A stretch of 64,000 bases of DNA from the human T2T-CHM13v2.0 reference genome, Homo sapiens: NCBI GenBank assembly GCA_009914755.4, contig CP068257.2, forward strand, positions 12,736,001 through 12,800,000, in the 5' to 3' direction. Position 1 is the first letter of the stretch, and each line of letters begins with the position of its first letter. The notes below the pieces were generated by a model, which did no database searches, was not told the DNA's origin, and was given only the letters and a program-made list of their open reading frames with translations. Below are positions 12,673 through 25,150 of the stretch, piece by piece. The translations under genes and the position numbers were made by a program.

Positions 12673-13084
12673 TCAGTAATATAGTTGGGATATTTGTCTG
12701 CCCAAATCTCATGTTGAAATGTAATTCCCAATGTTAGAAGTGGAGCCTGGTGGGAGATATTGGGATCATGGGGGTGGATCCCCCATGAGTGGCTTGGGCC
12801 ATCCCCTTGGTGACAAGTGTGCTCTTGCTCTGAGTTCACACAAGATCTAGTCGTTTAAAAGTGTGTGGCACCTCCCCCAACCCACTCACTCTCTCTTGCT
12901 CCTGCTTTTGCCAGGTGATATGCCTGCTCCTCTGTGCCTTCCTCCAGGAAGCAGATGCTGTTATGCTTCCTGTACGTATAGCTTGCAGAACCATGAGCCA
13001 GTTAAACCTCTTTTTTTATAAATTACTCAGTCTCAGGCATTTCTTTATAGCAAAGCCAGAACAGCCTAGCACAATCATCTCAAG
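12673..13084 (+). mobile_element. ERVL-MaLR solo LTR (MST/THE1-like) inserted into an older L1
   Basis: The LTR begins taatatagttgggatatttgtctgcccaaatctcatgttgaaatgtaattcccaatgttagaagtggagcctggtgggagatattgggatcatggggg. It ends with the typical aaacctctttttttataaattactcagtctcaggcatttctttatagcaaag...tcatctcaag. Confidence 0.75.
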
Positions 13085-14232
13085 CATTTATATGTTTTGT
13101 GTTACAAACATTCCAAATGTACTCTTTTAGTTACTTTAAAATGTACAACTTATTGTTGACTGTAGTTACCCTGTTGTGCTATCGCACACTAAGATCATAC
13201 TAGATCTTAGTCGTTATATCTAATTATGTTTTTATACTCATTAAGCATCCCCACTTCTCTACCCACTAACCTTGCCAGTCTCTGGTAACCATTATTATAC
13301 TCTCTATCTCCATTTGTTCAATTTTTAGCAAATTTAATTTTCTAGCTCCCACAAATAAATGAGAACATACAAAGTTTGTCTCTTTCTGTGCCTGGCTGAT
13401 TTCACTTAACGTAATGACTTCCAGTTCCATCCATGCTGTTGCAAATAACAGGATTTTACTCTTTTTTATAGTTGACTAGTACTCTACTGTGTATATGTAC
13501 CATATTTTCTTTATCCATTCATCTGTTGATAGACACTTAGGTTGCTTCCAAATCTTGGATATGGTGAATAGTGTTGCAATAAACATGGGAGTCCAGATAT
13601 ATCTTTGATATAATGATTTCCTTTCTTTTTGGTATATATCTAGCAGTGGGGTTGCTGAAATATATGTTACTTCTATTTTTAGTTTTTCAAAAATTCTCCA
13701 AACCGTTCTCCATAGTGGTTGCACTAATTTATCTTCCAACTAACGGTGTACAAGGGTTGTACTGATTTACATTCTCACCAACAGTGTATGAGGGTTCCCT
13801 TTTCTCCATGTCCTCACCAGCATTTGTTATTGCCTGTCCTTTAGGTGAAAGCCATTTTAACTGGGGTGAGACGATATCCCATTGTAATTTTGATTTGCAT
13901 TTCTGTGATGGTCAATGATATTGAGTACCTCTTCATATACCTGTTTTCCATTTGCATGTCCTTTTTTGAGAAATGTCTCTTTAAATCTTTTGCCAATTTT
14001 TATTAAATTATTATTTTTTTCCTATTGAGTTGTTTGAGCTCCTTATATATTCTGGTTATTAATCTTCTGTCAGATGGATAGTTTCCAAATACTTTTACCT
14101 ATTCTATAGGTTGTCTCTTTACTTTGTTGATTGTTTCTTTTGCTGTGCAGAAGCTTTTTAACTTGCTTTTAAACTCCCATTTGTGCATTTTTGCTTTGGT
14201 TGTCTGTGCTTGTGGACTACTACTCGAAAAAT
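13085..14232 (-). mobile_element. older L1 (continued): 3'UTR plus ORF2 C-terminal region, reverse complement
   Basis: The segment includes ttctgtgcctggctgatttcacttaacgtaatgacttccagttccatccatgctgttgcaaataacaggattttactc and ttgatagacacttaggttgcttccaaatcttggatatggtgaatagtgttgcaataaacatgggagtccagatatatc, running to ttgctgtgcagaagctttttaacttgc. Confidence 0.85.
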
Positions 14233-14340
14233 CTTTGCCTGCTCCCTCTGTGCCTTCCTCCATGATTGGAAGCCTCCCCCGAAGCAGATACCGTTATGCT
14301 TCCTGAGCAAACAGCCTGCAGAACCCTAAGCCAATTAAAT
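14233..14340 (+). mobile_element. ERVL-MaLR LTR 3' fragment, left piece (split by a younger L1)
   Basis: The piece ctccctctgtgccttcctccatgattggaag...gcagataccgttatgcttcctgagcaaacagcctgcagaaccctaagccaattaaatc closely parallels the 3' part of the LTR at 12673-13084. Confidence 0.65.
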
Positions 14341-15192
14341 CTTTTATTTTTATTTATTTATTTATTATTTATTATTATTATTTTACTTTAAGTTTTAGGG
14401 TACATGTGCACAATGTGCAGGTTAGTTACATATGTATACATGTGCCATGCTGGTGCGCTGCACCCACTAACTCGTCATCTAGCATTAGGTATATCTCCCA
14501 ATGCTATCCCTCCCCCCTCCCCCCACCCCACAACAGTCCCCAGAGTGTGATGTTCCCCTTCCTGTGTCCATGTGTTCTCATTGTTCAATTCCCACCTATG
14601 AGTGAGAATATGCGGTGTTTGGTTTTTTGTTCTTGCGATAGTTTACTGAGAATGATGATTTCCAATTTCATCCATGTCCCTACAAAGGACATGAACTCAT
14701 CATTTTTTATGGCTGCATAGTATTCCATGGTGTATATGTGCCACATTTTCTTAATCCAGTCTATCATTGTTGGGCATTTGGGTTGGTTCCAAGTCTTTGC
14801 TATTGTGAATAATGCTGCAATAAACATACGTGTGCATGTGTCTTTATAGCAGCATGATTTATAGTCCTTTGGGTATATACCCAGTAATGGGATGGCTGGG
14901 TCAAATGGTATTTCTAGTTCTAGATCCCTGAGGAATCGGCACACTGACTTCCACAATGGTTGAACTAGTTTACAGTCCCACCAACAGTGTAAAAGTGTTC
15001 GTATTTCTCCACATCCTCTCCAGCACCTGTTGTTTCCTGACTTTTTAATGATTGCCATTCTAACTGGTGTGAGATGGTATCTCATCGTGGTTTTGATTTG
15101 CATTTCTCTGATGGCCAGTGATGGTGAGCATTTTTTCATGTGCTTTTTGGCTGCATAAATGTCTTCTTTTGAGAAGTGTCTGTTCAAATCTC
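14341..15192 (-). mobile_element. younger L1PA-type 3' fragment (~0.85 kb: ORF2 C-terminus plus 3'UTR plus A-tail), 5'-truncated
   Basis: A T/A-rich tail at 14341-14384 is followed by ttttactttaagttttagggtacatgtgcacaatgtgcaggttagttacatatgtatacatgtgccatgctggtgcgctgcacccactaac. The fragment ends gagaagtgtctgttcaaatc. The minus-frame ORF 14585..15187 translates an L1 ORF2 C-terminus (..[91 protein letters not shown]). Confidence 0.9.
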
Positions 15193-15266
15193 TTTTCTTA
15201 TAAATTACTCAGTCTCAGGTATTTCTTTATAGCAATGCAAGAACAGCCTAGCACAGTCATCTCAAG
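15193..15266 (+). mobile_element. ERVL-MaLR LTR 3' fragment, right piece
   Basis: The piece ttttcttataaattactcagtctcaggtatttctttatagcaatgcaagaacagcctagcacagtcatctcaag continues the LTR after the L1 insert. Confidence 0.65.
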
Positions 15267-16230
15267 TATTTATCTTTTCTTCATGGTCCAATGTCTTAAA
15301 GAGTTTCCCCAATGTTTTCTTGTAGTAGTTTCATAGATTGAGGTCTTTGAGTTAAGTCTTTATCCGTTTTAATTTGATTTTTGTATATGGCTAGAGATAA
15401 GGATCTAGTTTCATTCTTCTGCTTATGGATAACCAGTTTTCCCATCACCATTTATTGAAGAGACTGTCCTTCCCCAATGTGCATTCTTGGAACCTTTGTT
15501 GAAAATGAGTTCTCTGTAGATGTATGGGTTTATTTCTGGGATCTCTATTCTGTTCCATTGGTCTATGTGTTTTTATGCCCATATCCTTCTGTTTTGGTTA
15601 CTATAGCTCTGTAATATGATTTGAACTCAGCTAATGCAATTTCTCTAGCTTTGTTCTTTTTGCTTAGGATAGCTGTGGCTATTCTGGGTCTTTTGTGATT
15701 CCATATAAATTTTAGGATTTTTTTTATTTCAGTGAAGAATGTCATTGATATTTTGATTGGGATTGCATTGAGTCTGTAGATCGTTTTGGGTAGTATGGAC
15801 ATTTTAACAATTTTGATTCTTCCAATCCATGAACATGGAACATCTTTTCATTTTTTGGTGTTCTTCTCAATTTTTTGTATCAATTTTTTAATAGTTTTTA
15901 TTGTAGAGGTTTTTCACTTATTGGTTAATTTCTAGATATTTTACTTTATTAGTAGCTATTGTAAATATAATTACTTTCTTTTTTTTTCAAATTGTTTGCT
16001 GTTGGCATATAGAAAAAGATACTGATTTTTGTATATGTATTCTGTATCCAGCATCTTCACTGAATTTATTAGTTCTAATAGTTTTTGGTTGAGTCTTTAG
16101 GTTTTTCTAAATATGAGATTATATCATATGCAAACAAGGATAATTTGACTTTTTCCTTTCTAATTTGGATACCCTTTATTTCTTTCTCTTGTCTGATTGC
16201 TCTAGTGAGGATTTCCAGAAGAGTATTTCT
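15267..16230 (-). mobile_element. older L1 (continued): ORF2 region, reverse complement
   Basis: The minus ORF 15563..15802 translates an L1 ORF2-like peptide (..[58 protein letters not shown]). The flanking sequence is collinear with the L1 ORF2 reverse complement. Confidence 0.75.
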
Positions 16231-16399
16231 TGACATTGAAAAATGATCATTGAAAAATTAAAATGACATTAAAATTAAGTTAAAATAAAAAGCAAATGTA
16301 ATGTATGAATCTTTTTTAGAAATATACATATATGTAGTTGCATACCTATAGTTTCAAATATGCATTTCTTTATGGGGAATTAGAAGGCACTAATTCTTT

Positions 16400-18930
16400 C
16401 TTTTTTTTATTTCTGCTTTTATTTTAGGTTCAAGAGGTACATGTTGAGGTTTGTTACATGGGCAAACTGTGTGTTGCAGAGGTTTAGTATACAGATTATT
16501 TTGTCACTCAGGTAATAAGCATAGTACCTGATTGGTAGTTTTTTTTTGTTTTGTTTTGTTTTTTTATCCTCACTCACCTCCCATCTTCCACCCTCAAGTA
16601 GGCCCTGTTTTCTACTGTTCTCTTATTTGTGTCAATGTGTACTCAAGTTTTAGCTCCCACTTATAAGTGAGGACATGCAGTATTTAGCTTTCTGTTTCTG
16701 GATTAATTTGCTCAGGATAATGGCCTTCAGCTCCATTTATGTTGCTTCAAAGGACAGTATTTTGTTCTTTTTTATAGCTACCTAGTATTCTACAGTGTAT
16801 ATATACCACGTTTTCTTTAGCCAGTCCACCATTAATGGGCATCTAGGTTGATTCCATGTCTTTGCCATTGTGAATAGCATTGCAATGAACATTCATGTGC
16901 ATGTGTCTTCGTGGTAGAACAATTTATATTCCTTTGAGTGTATTCCAAATAATAGGATTGCTGGATTGAATGGTAGTTCTATTTTAAGTTCTTTGAGAAC
17001 TCTCCAAACTGCTTTCCACCGTGGCTGAACTAATTTACATTACTACCAGCATTTATAAGTCTTCCCCTTTCTTTGCAACCTTCCAAAATCTGTTAGTTTT
17101 TGGCCATTTAATAATAGCCATTCTGACTGGTGTGAGATGGTATCTCATTGTGGTCTTGAATTGCATTTCTCTATTGATTAGTTATATTGAGCATTTTTTT
17201 CATATGCTTGTTGGCTCTGTGTGTGTCTTCTTTTAAGAAGTGTCTGTTCGTGCCCTTTGCCCATTTTTCAATGGAGTTATTTGGTTTCTTTGCTTGTAGA
17301 TTTGTTTAAGTTACTTATAGATTCTGAATATTAGACCTTTCTCAAATAGTTTGCAAATATTTGCTCCCATTCTATAGGTTGTCTGTTTACTCTGTTGATA
17401 GTTTCTTTTGCTATGCAGGAGCTCTTTAGTTTAATTAGATCCCACTTGTCAATTTCTGTTTTTGTTACCATTGCTTTTGGAGTCTTTGTCATGAAATCTT
17501 TGGCAAGTCCAGTGTCCAGAATGGTATTTCCTAGGATTTCCTAATAGGGTTTTTATAGTTTTAGGTTTTACATTTAATTATTTAACCTATCTTGAGTTGA
17601 TGTTTGCATATGGTGAAAGGAAGGGGTCTAGTTTCAATCTTCTGCATATGGTTAGCTAGTTATCCCAGTACCATTTATTGAATAGGCAATCATTTTCCCA
17701 TTGCTTGTTATTGTCAGCTTTGTCAAAGATCAGATGGTTGTAGGTGTGTGGCTTTTTCTCTTGGTTCTCTACTCTATTCTATTGGTCTGTGTGCCTGTTT
17801 CTGTACTAGTACCATGCTGTTTGGGTTACTATAGCCTTGTAATACAGTTTGAAGTTGGGTAGTGTGATGCCTCTGGTTTTGTTATTTTTACTTAGGATTG
17901 CTTTGGCTATTTGGGCTCTTTTTGGTTCCATATAAATTTTAGAATAGTTTTGTGTAATTCTGTGAAAAATGTTGTTGGTAGTTTGATAAGAATAGCATTG
18001 AATCTGTAAATTGCTTTGGGTAGTACGGCCATTTTAACAATATCAATTCTCCCCATCCATGAGCATGGAATGTTTTTATTTTATTCTTTTTGTGGCTATC
18101 ATGAATGGAATTATGTTCTTGATTTGGCTCTCAGCTTGAGCATTATTGTTATATAGAAATGCTACTGATTTTTGTACATTGATTTTGTATCCTGAAACTT
18201 TGCTAAAGTTGCTTATGTGGTCTAGGAGCCTCTGGGCAGAGACTGTAGGGTTTTCTAGGTATAGAATCATGTTATCTGCTAAGAGAGTTTGACTTTCTCT
18301 CTTTCTATTTGAATGCCTTTTATTTCTTCTCTTTTCTGATTCCTCTGGCTTGGATTTCCAGTGCTATGTTGAATAGGAGTAGTGAGAGTAGGCATCCTTA
18401 TCTTGTTCTGGTTCTCGAAGAAATGCTTCCAGCTTGCCTATTCCATGGGATGTTGGCTGTGGGCTTGTCATAGATGACCCTTATTAGTTTGAGATATGGT
18501 CCTTCAATGCATAGTTTAGTTTGTTGAGAGTTTTTAACATGAAGAGATGTTGAATTTTATGCATCTATTGAGATGATCAGGTAGAATTTATTTTTAGTTC
18601 TATTGATGTAATGAATTACATTTCTTGCCTTGTATATGTTGAACCAACCTCGCATCCCAGGAATAAAGCCTACTTGATCATGGTAGATTAGCTTTTTGAT
18701 GAGACATACTAATTCTTGGTGGAATGAAATAACTCTGAAATTTCCAGACAGTTTTCTTCTTAACTGTTTGCTCTTCTTTTTTCTCACTACTCTCTTATTA
18801 GATCTTCCATTACTTATCACTCCCAGGTTTATTTTTGGGCAGAGAGGAATCATTTGCATGTGTGTGTATAAGTGTGTAGAGTAAGAGATCTTCCAGAAAT
18901 ATAACTTTTCTTTTCCCTTTAGCACTTGTT
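16400..18930 (-). mobile_element. second older L1 copy (L1PB-like): 3'UTR plus ORF2 back to the RT domain, reverse complement
   Basis: The 3' end reads ggtacatgttgaggtttgttacatgggcaaactgtgtgttgcagaggtttagtatacagattattttgtcactcaggtaataagcatagtacctg. Minus ORFs translate ORF2 motifs: ..[37 protein letters not shown].. and ..[16 protein letters not shown]... Confidence 0.85.
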
Positions 18931-20326
18931 TTCTGTGTACATGTGCCTGCTCCTGTGAATAGATGCATAGGCTTATTTAGGTCTTGTGGAGTGTGCTGTG
19001 AAAACCTTGGAGAAATATTGAGTAAGATGATCATCATTAGATTTGAAAAAAATTGGAAATTTTAGTTGGTTCTAATCTCTTTGCTTACTTCATAAGTTAA
19101 ATTACTTTCTCTATGAGGGAAGAGTGGTCATATTGCTTTTTAAACTTAGAGTAGCACTAAGAAAATAACATTTGTAGAATGTGTGTTTTAGGCAACTTTT
19201 ATTATAAAAGCATGAGGTAGTAATGATAAATTCCTTTTTATAAATATCTCTAATTTTTGCATCTAATTTAAAGCCAACTTTTTTGAAATATCACCTGGTC
19301 TTGAAAATATATCAGAAAAGAGTGGTCTTGAAAATATATCAGAAAAGAGTTTGAAACACAACCTGAAAATACATGTAGGATCATGCTGATGTTGGTTAAA
19401 TGATTCTTCTAAGGCAGTCCAAACTACTAACTATTGCCATGCCTCATCATCTAGATATTACCCTCACCTGTGCTGACATGTAACTTGTAGTTGTCTAAGT
19501 GTCTTATTAGTGTAAAGAACGTTTGTTTAGAATAGATGTAATTTTGAGCTTTCCTGCTCTCCCTGGTCTGCTGAGATTGATTTAATTCACACAAACTCCC
19601 TTAGTGCACCGTAAGTTGTGCAGGAAGTCACAGCTTAGCATATTTTGAGTTTGCGTATAATGTTAATGAGATCAGGGAGGTGGGCTTTACAGGCCAGTTA
19701 GCTTCCTTGTGTTCCTGGTTTCATACAAGCTCCATACAATTAAATTCATTTAGTCACTTGTCAGACACATACAGCAAGAGAACTAGGTCAAAGTTTGCCT
19801 TTGGGTCAGTGAAATGAACTACCTAGAAAAAGGAATCTAGTTCTAGAAAAACGAATCAAGACTAATATCACATTTGTCTTGTGATCATCACAGCATTTCA
19901 CAAAAATTTGAAAAAAATTCCTATTGTGCAGAATGCAATATGGGCTAAGACATGTCAATTTAAACAGTGTAGTAAGTTGTTAGAACATACTTGAAAAGAT
20001 TTAAGTAGCAAAGAATAAAAAATCCAGGGGTGACTCTGAGATCTCATTTGGGTCATATATCATTTTATCAGCCTGGAAGCAAGACAGAAAGTCAACCTTC
20101 CAAGAAAAAAATTGTTCTCTCCTCTTTTATTTTTTTGATTTCACACCCTCCCTAATCCCACATTTCAGGAGAATGCAATCATGTGAATGTTTTGAAATAT
20201 TGTAAATCAAATCATGGAAAAAAAATGATACCAGTTTCTATTCCTTTTTGAAAGTCATATTTCCTGTACTATTTTTATTTTATTTTACAGAAGGCATGTT
20301 CTAGAAAATCATAGACAACACATTGT

Positions 20327-20360
20327 GCATATATATATTATATATTTTATATGTATATAT
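20327..20360. repeat. (TA)n-like AT dinucleotide-rich simple repeat
   Basis: The sequence catatatatattatatattttatatgtatatat lies immediately 5' of an Alu tail. Confidence 0.8.
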
Positions 20361-20645
20361 TTTGAGACAGGGTCTCACTCTGTTGCCCAAGCTGGAGTGC
20401 AGTGGCACGACCTCAGCTCACTGAAACCTTTGCCTCTCAGATTCAAGAGATTCTCATGCCTCAGCCCCCCGAGTAGTTGGAACTTCAGGCATGTGCCACC
20501 ATGCTTGGCTAGTTTTTGTATTTTTAGTGGAGACAGGGTTTTGCCATGTTGACTAGGCTGGTTTCGAACTCCTGACCTCAGGTGATCCACTCACCTCGGC
20601 CTCCCAAAGTGTTGGGATTATAGGCGTGAGCCACCACGCCTGGCC
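20361..20645 (-). mobile_element. Alu SINE (full dimer)
   Basis: The element begins tttgagacagggtctcactctgttgcccaagctggagtgcagtggcacgacctcagctcactg and ends cctcggcctcccaaagtgttgggattataggcgtgagccaccacgcctggcc. Confidence 0.92.
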
Positions 20646-21039
20646 TACACATTGTATTATATACTTGAAAACAATTAAATAATCAGGAGAACTGAACCAA
20701 TAATGTGCAGATTTTCTAGTCAATGTGCATAAATTAATATATATGTAGATGCATGAAAATAAAGAATCCAACTTTTGTACCACTTTGCATGTGAAAGCAG
20801 TATTGGAGCAAAACACATTTTGAACACTTTTCTATTTTCTGTGAAATATTTTGCAAATGAGTTTTCAAGATTCTTGTTCTGTGCCTCTGGTGGAGTCCTT
20901 CCTTAAAGTGACACGTTTGTATTCCAATGTGCAAAAAGGGAATTAATGGGCTTACCCCTTAAATTTCTTAAATGGGATACTCCCAGCAGAATGCCTAAGG
21001 AAAAACTAAATAAATAAATGAACACACAAAAAATGATTA

Positions 21040-21420
21040 TCCTCAGTCTTTCCAAGGCCCCCTCTTGCCTCCACATGTATGGATTTATGTCTCCCAGATT
21101 TCACAGGTTAAAGTCCTACCCCCTTGTATCTCAGGATGTGACTTTATTTGAAGATAGAGTAATTGCAGATGCAATTAGTTAGGATGTTTTCACCAGGGTT
21201 CACCCTCATCCAGTATGACTGCTGCCTTCATAAAGCAGGATCTTTGGACACAGGCATGCACAGGGAAGATGATGTGAAGACACAGAAAGAAGAGCCATCT
21301 CCAACCAAGGAGAAAGGCCTGAAACACATCCTTCCCTCACAGCTCTCAGAAAGAAACAATCCTGTTGACATCTTGATTTCAGACTTCCAGCCTCCAGAAC
21401 CATGATAGAAAAAATTTCTG
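21040..21420 (+). mobile_element. ERVL-MaLR LTR (MLT1-like)
   Basis: The segment ...gatgatgtgaagacacagaaagaagagccatctccaaccaaggagaaaggcctgaaacacatccttccctcacagctctcagaaagaaacaatcctgttgacatcttgatttcagacttccagcctccagaac matches the MLT1 3' region. Confidence 0.6.
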
Positions 21421-22769
21421 TTAAGTTGAAAAAAAAAAGATTATCTTCCTGCAAACAAAAATGTAATAAGTTTTAAATGCACAGATGAATTCAAAAGGAG
21501 AAAGGAAAATGTTATGTGCCAAAAATGAGGTGCCAACTGATCCCCAGAGTGCTAGGTGCATAAACTCACCATGCAGGTTATGGGGGTCTCAGTCCTTGTA
21601 ACTGAAGAGTTCTATTTTAAGACTTTTTCAGGGGCTGGATATGAAGTCTAGGATTTGACTGGCCTTTGGATCTAAGATCAGTACACAAGCCAAAATTCTT
21701 GAAGAGCTATCCCATTGAGAAAAATTATATATTAAGGGGAGAAAAGAGGAAAACATCTGCTAGTACAGGGCAACAAGGGGGATTTTTCTATCTGGGACCT
21801 GAGTGAAAATAAAAATGAAACCCAACAAGAGTGGTCTTTTCTGAGAAATCAAACCCCTGGTTCTACAGCTTACAAATTAAGGAGCCAAATTTACACTTTA
21901 CTGCTGACACTGACACTCCAAGCTGAAGAATTAACATAAAAATTGGTCTTGGGTGGGGGATACTCTTGAATCTCTTGCAGAAGGCTTTGCGAAACTATGC
22001 TGGAATTAGAGTACAAGATTCAGGTCACATGGAAATCCTCCCGCAAAATAGCTCAAAACACAAGAGGAGATTTAAAAAAAGGGGAAGTAGAACTTCTAGA
22101 ATTTTGTATAATAGAATAATCTGAGAAGACTGTAGAATAAGGTTCTGTTTTAAGATGCAAACAAAGAAATTGAAGCAATAGGAAGAAAATACTGCTTTAA
22201 AAAAATCAAATAGAATTTATTGGAAATAAAAGTTTCACTTGTTCCTAAGAACAACTGATAAGGTAAAAGAAGTGTCTTTATAGATTATCTTTTACCTGAT
22301 AAGGTAAAAGAAGTTTATTTATAAATTATTTATAAAAGAAGTTCTTTATAAATCATCTCGCTTTAGGCATTCTGTTATAGAAACACAAAATGGACTTAAA
22401 CACAGGGAAAACTAATCTACTATGGTAGAGGGGAGAATACTTTTGTTACTTTTGCAGAAAGTGTTGACAGGAAAGGACAACAAGGAAACTTGCTGGGCTC
22501 ATAAATGTTCTATATTTTGATCAGTGTGGTGGTTACACAGGTATATAGACATATAAAAATTGTATGCTACAATTTCTAAAATTTAATGTACTATATGTAG
22601 TTTATACCTCAAGAAGAGGTGAAAAAACAAAACCATTTATCAATTGGGTTTATTCAAAAAGAAGAAAAAGGAAATAATATCTGCAAGATATCAAACAAGG
22701 AGGTCCTAATTCTCATTTCTTTCACAAAATAATGAATAAACAACTACATGACAAATAAAATAACGAAGG

Positions 22770-25150
22770 GGGAGCTCTGGAATATAGCGAAAGAGTAGCA
22801 CAAACCCTGTGGAGCAGAGCAACCTAGCATGGCTGCATAGAATAGGGTGGGAAACACCTTGTCTGGGCCACTCCATTGCCCAGTCTGGATTATCTCAGAG
22901 GCAAGAGGTACTTCCTTCTGCATGGAAAGGGTGAGAAGGAAGATCCCAGTCGCCCTCATTATTACCACAGACACCAGCAGTGCTCACCAATGGATACCCC
23001 TGCAGTCTTCACCAGTCCTGAGCCCAACACAGGGAGCTGCCTGGAGTCCATGCTGCTACACTTACCCATGAGAAAGAGCCAAGACTGTGCCTTCTGTCCC
23101 ATGAGCTGAGCTACCGTGGTTTCATGACATTTTGGAATTGGAGTTGCCACTGTGCTGCACCCTGCTGTTAGGTCCTGAGTAGCCATTGTTTCCCTACACG
23201 CCTAGGGTCTTACTGTCACCGCATCCCACCACCTGGAGCCTGGGTTGCCCAGCGCGCCACTCTCTCTGGGCCTAGGTTGCTGCCATAAGCCTGGGTCCCC
23301 ACTGTGCCCTACCTTTTCAGCAGCCTTGCTGCCACAGTGCCCTGTCTCTCCAGGGTGTGGGTTGCTGAGGCACCTTGCCTTCCTAGAGACTGGAGTTGCC
23401 ACTGCACTGAGACCTACACCCAGGAGCTTGAGTTGCTTTACCACCTGCCTCCCAGGAATTAGAGTCACGCTGTGCTGTCCCATGACTTAAGACCTGAGCT
23501 GCTGTGGCATTCTACCTTTCCAGGGACCAGAGTTGCCTCTATGCTGTGCTCAACCTCCTAGAACCTGAGGTTCTCTTGCATCCCACCATCCCAGGGACTG
23601 GTGCCATTACTGTGCTGTGCACTGTTCCCAGGGCCTGAGCTTCTTTGGTATCCCATCTTCCCAGGGACTGGAGTTACTGCTGTGCTGTGTCCTGACTGCC
23701 TGGAGTCTGAGTCACCATTGTGCCCCACCCTCTGTGGCTGAGCTCCTACAGGGTCGTGTCCATCCTGGGGTCATGTTGCTGCTGTACCATGCCCCTCAGA
23801 GCCAGAGTTCCCACTGTGTCCTGACATACCAGGGGGCTTAGCACAACTGAGCTCCATCCTTCGTAGCCCTTTCTGTGGCAATACTCTGCCTTCACAGAGA
23901 CTGGAGTCACCACCGTGCTGCACTTGGCTCTCAGGGCCTGAGCTACAGCTGTACCCCACAATTCCATGGGCCTTACTGCCACTGTGCCCTGGCCTTTGGG
24001 GCAGAGCTGCTGTGGAGCCATACCAACCCTGAAGCCTAAGTCACTGTTATGTCCACAAGTCCCTAGGGTCTCACTGCTGCTCTAAGGCCTGGGCCAACAC
24101 AGTAATGTGTCTCCCCAGGTGCCCAAGTGCTACTATGCTGCTCCCTGCCCCTTGGGCCAGAATCACGGTTGTGCCCTGACATCCATGGAACTAGAGTTGC
24201 TGCTGTGCCCCACCCTCCAGGACCTGAGTGGCCAGAGGACCCCTTTACCCCTAGGCTGTGCTGCTTCTGTGCCTGTCTCTCAGGGTTCAAGCCACCATTA
24301 TATCATATATCCCCAGGCCCAAGCCACTGAAATAAGCTCCAAAGTCCTAGACCCTGGCAACATGGGTGATAAGTGCATGCCAATGCCTTGGTACATCAAT
24401 TTGCTCTCCAGGACCCAGGTGCCATGGCAGTTCACAAGTGCCTGAGCCCAGGAAGCCAGCTCTGCAGTGGCTCTGAGCACCTGTATCCTGGAACCTAGTG
24501 CCACTGTGGCTGCCTGCAGTCCACATTAGACTTGACACCAAAAGGGATCCTCTTGGCTTGGTTTCCCCCCAGTAGGGAAAAGGAGGGCGAGAGGACTCCA
24601 AGAGTCTTTGCTACTGAGGACCCTAACAGTCCACTTTGCCAATGCCACTGCCACAAACACCTGAAACTTTAGCTGTTGATGCTTCTGCAGTCTTCATTAA
24701 TGCTGACCTCAGCTGATGGAGCCACACAGAGACTACACTGCTACATTTTTTTAGAACCAGAGCTATCCAATCAGTGCCATTGCACCCACCTGCAGGTGAA
24801 AGTCTTTACCCACTAAAACCAGTCTTTAAAGTCTGGAAGAGATGACTGCTCCATCAAATGCATAGACATCAGCACAAAATCACAAGAAACAAGAAAATGC
24901 AAGGAAACAACAGCACTAAAGGAACAAAATAACTTTAAAGTAACTGACCTCAAAGAAACAGAGATTTTAAAATTGTCTGGAAAGGAATTTAAAATAATTT
25001 TCTTTTAAAATAGAAATTATAAAAAGAACCAAACAGAAATTCTAGAGCTGAAGAATACAATGAATGGAATGAAAAATACAAGAGTGAAAAGCAGACTTAA
25101 TCAAGCAAAAGAAAGAATCTGTAATCTTGAAGACATGTCATTTGAAATTA
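22770..25150 (+). mobile_element. older L1 (copy A) 5' portion: GC-rich 5'UTR-like leader containing a ~70-bp tandem array, then ORF1 N-terminus
   Basis: The ORF1 start region at about 24840-25150 reads ...aaatgcaaggaaacaacagcactaaaggaacaaaataactttaaagtaactgacctcaaagaaacagagattttaaaattgtctggaaaggaatttaaaataattttc...caaacagaaattctagagctgaagaatacaatgaatg...gacatgtcatttgaaattacag. It is collinear with the L1 ORF1 N-terminus. The upstream 2 kb is assigned to the same element only by adjacency and orientation. Confidence 0.5.
23110..24500. repeat. degenerate GC-rich tandem array, ~70-bp period, about 18-20 units
   Basis: The motif (c)cagggactggagtt(g/a)c(c/t)actgtgctg(t/c)gc...cctgagc recurs at about 23132, 23396, 23455, 23527, 23597, 23668, 23800, 23895 and 24183. 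Clean spacings are 70-72 bp. Confidence 0.7.

Noticed and set aside
14585-15187. 200-aa ORF on the minus strand
   Set aside because: It is an L1 ORF2 C-terminal remnant (..[63 protein letters not shown]) within a 5'-truncated L1 fragment.
22847-24601. Dense cluster of overlapping ORFs on both strands in a GC-rich block. I considered a CpG-island promoter, a gene or a satellite.
   Set aside because: The ORFs overlap in all frames and arise from a ~70-bp tandem array. No coding periodicity or known protein similarity is apparent. I kept this as a tandem-repeat or L1-5'UTR finding and did not call it a gene.
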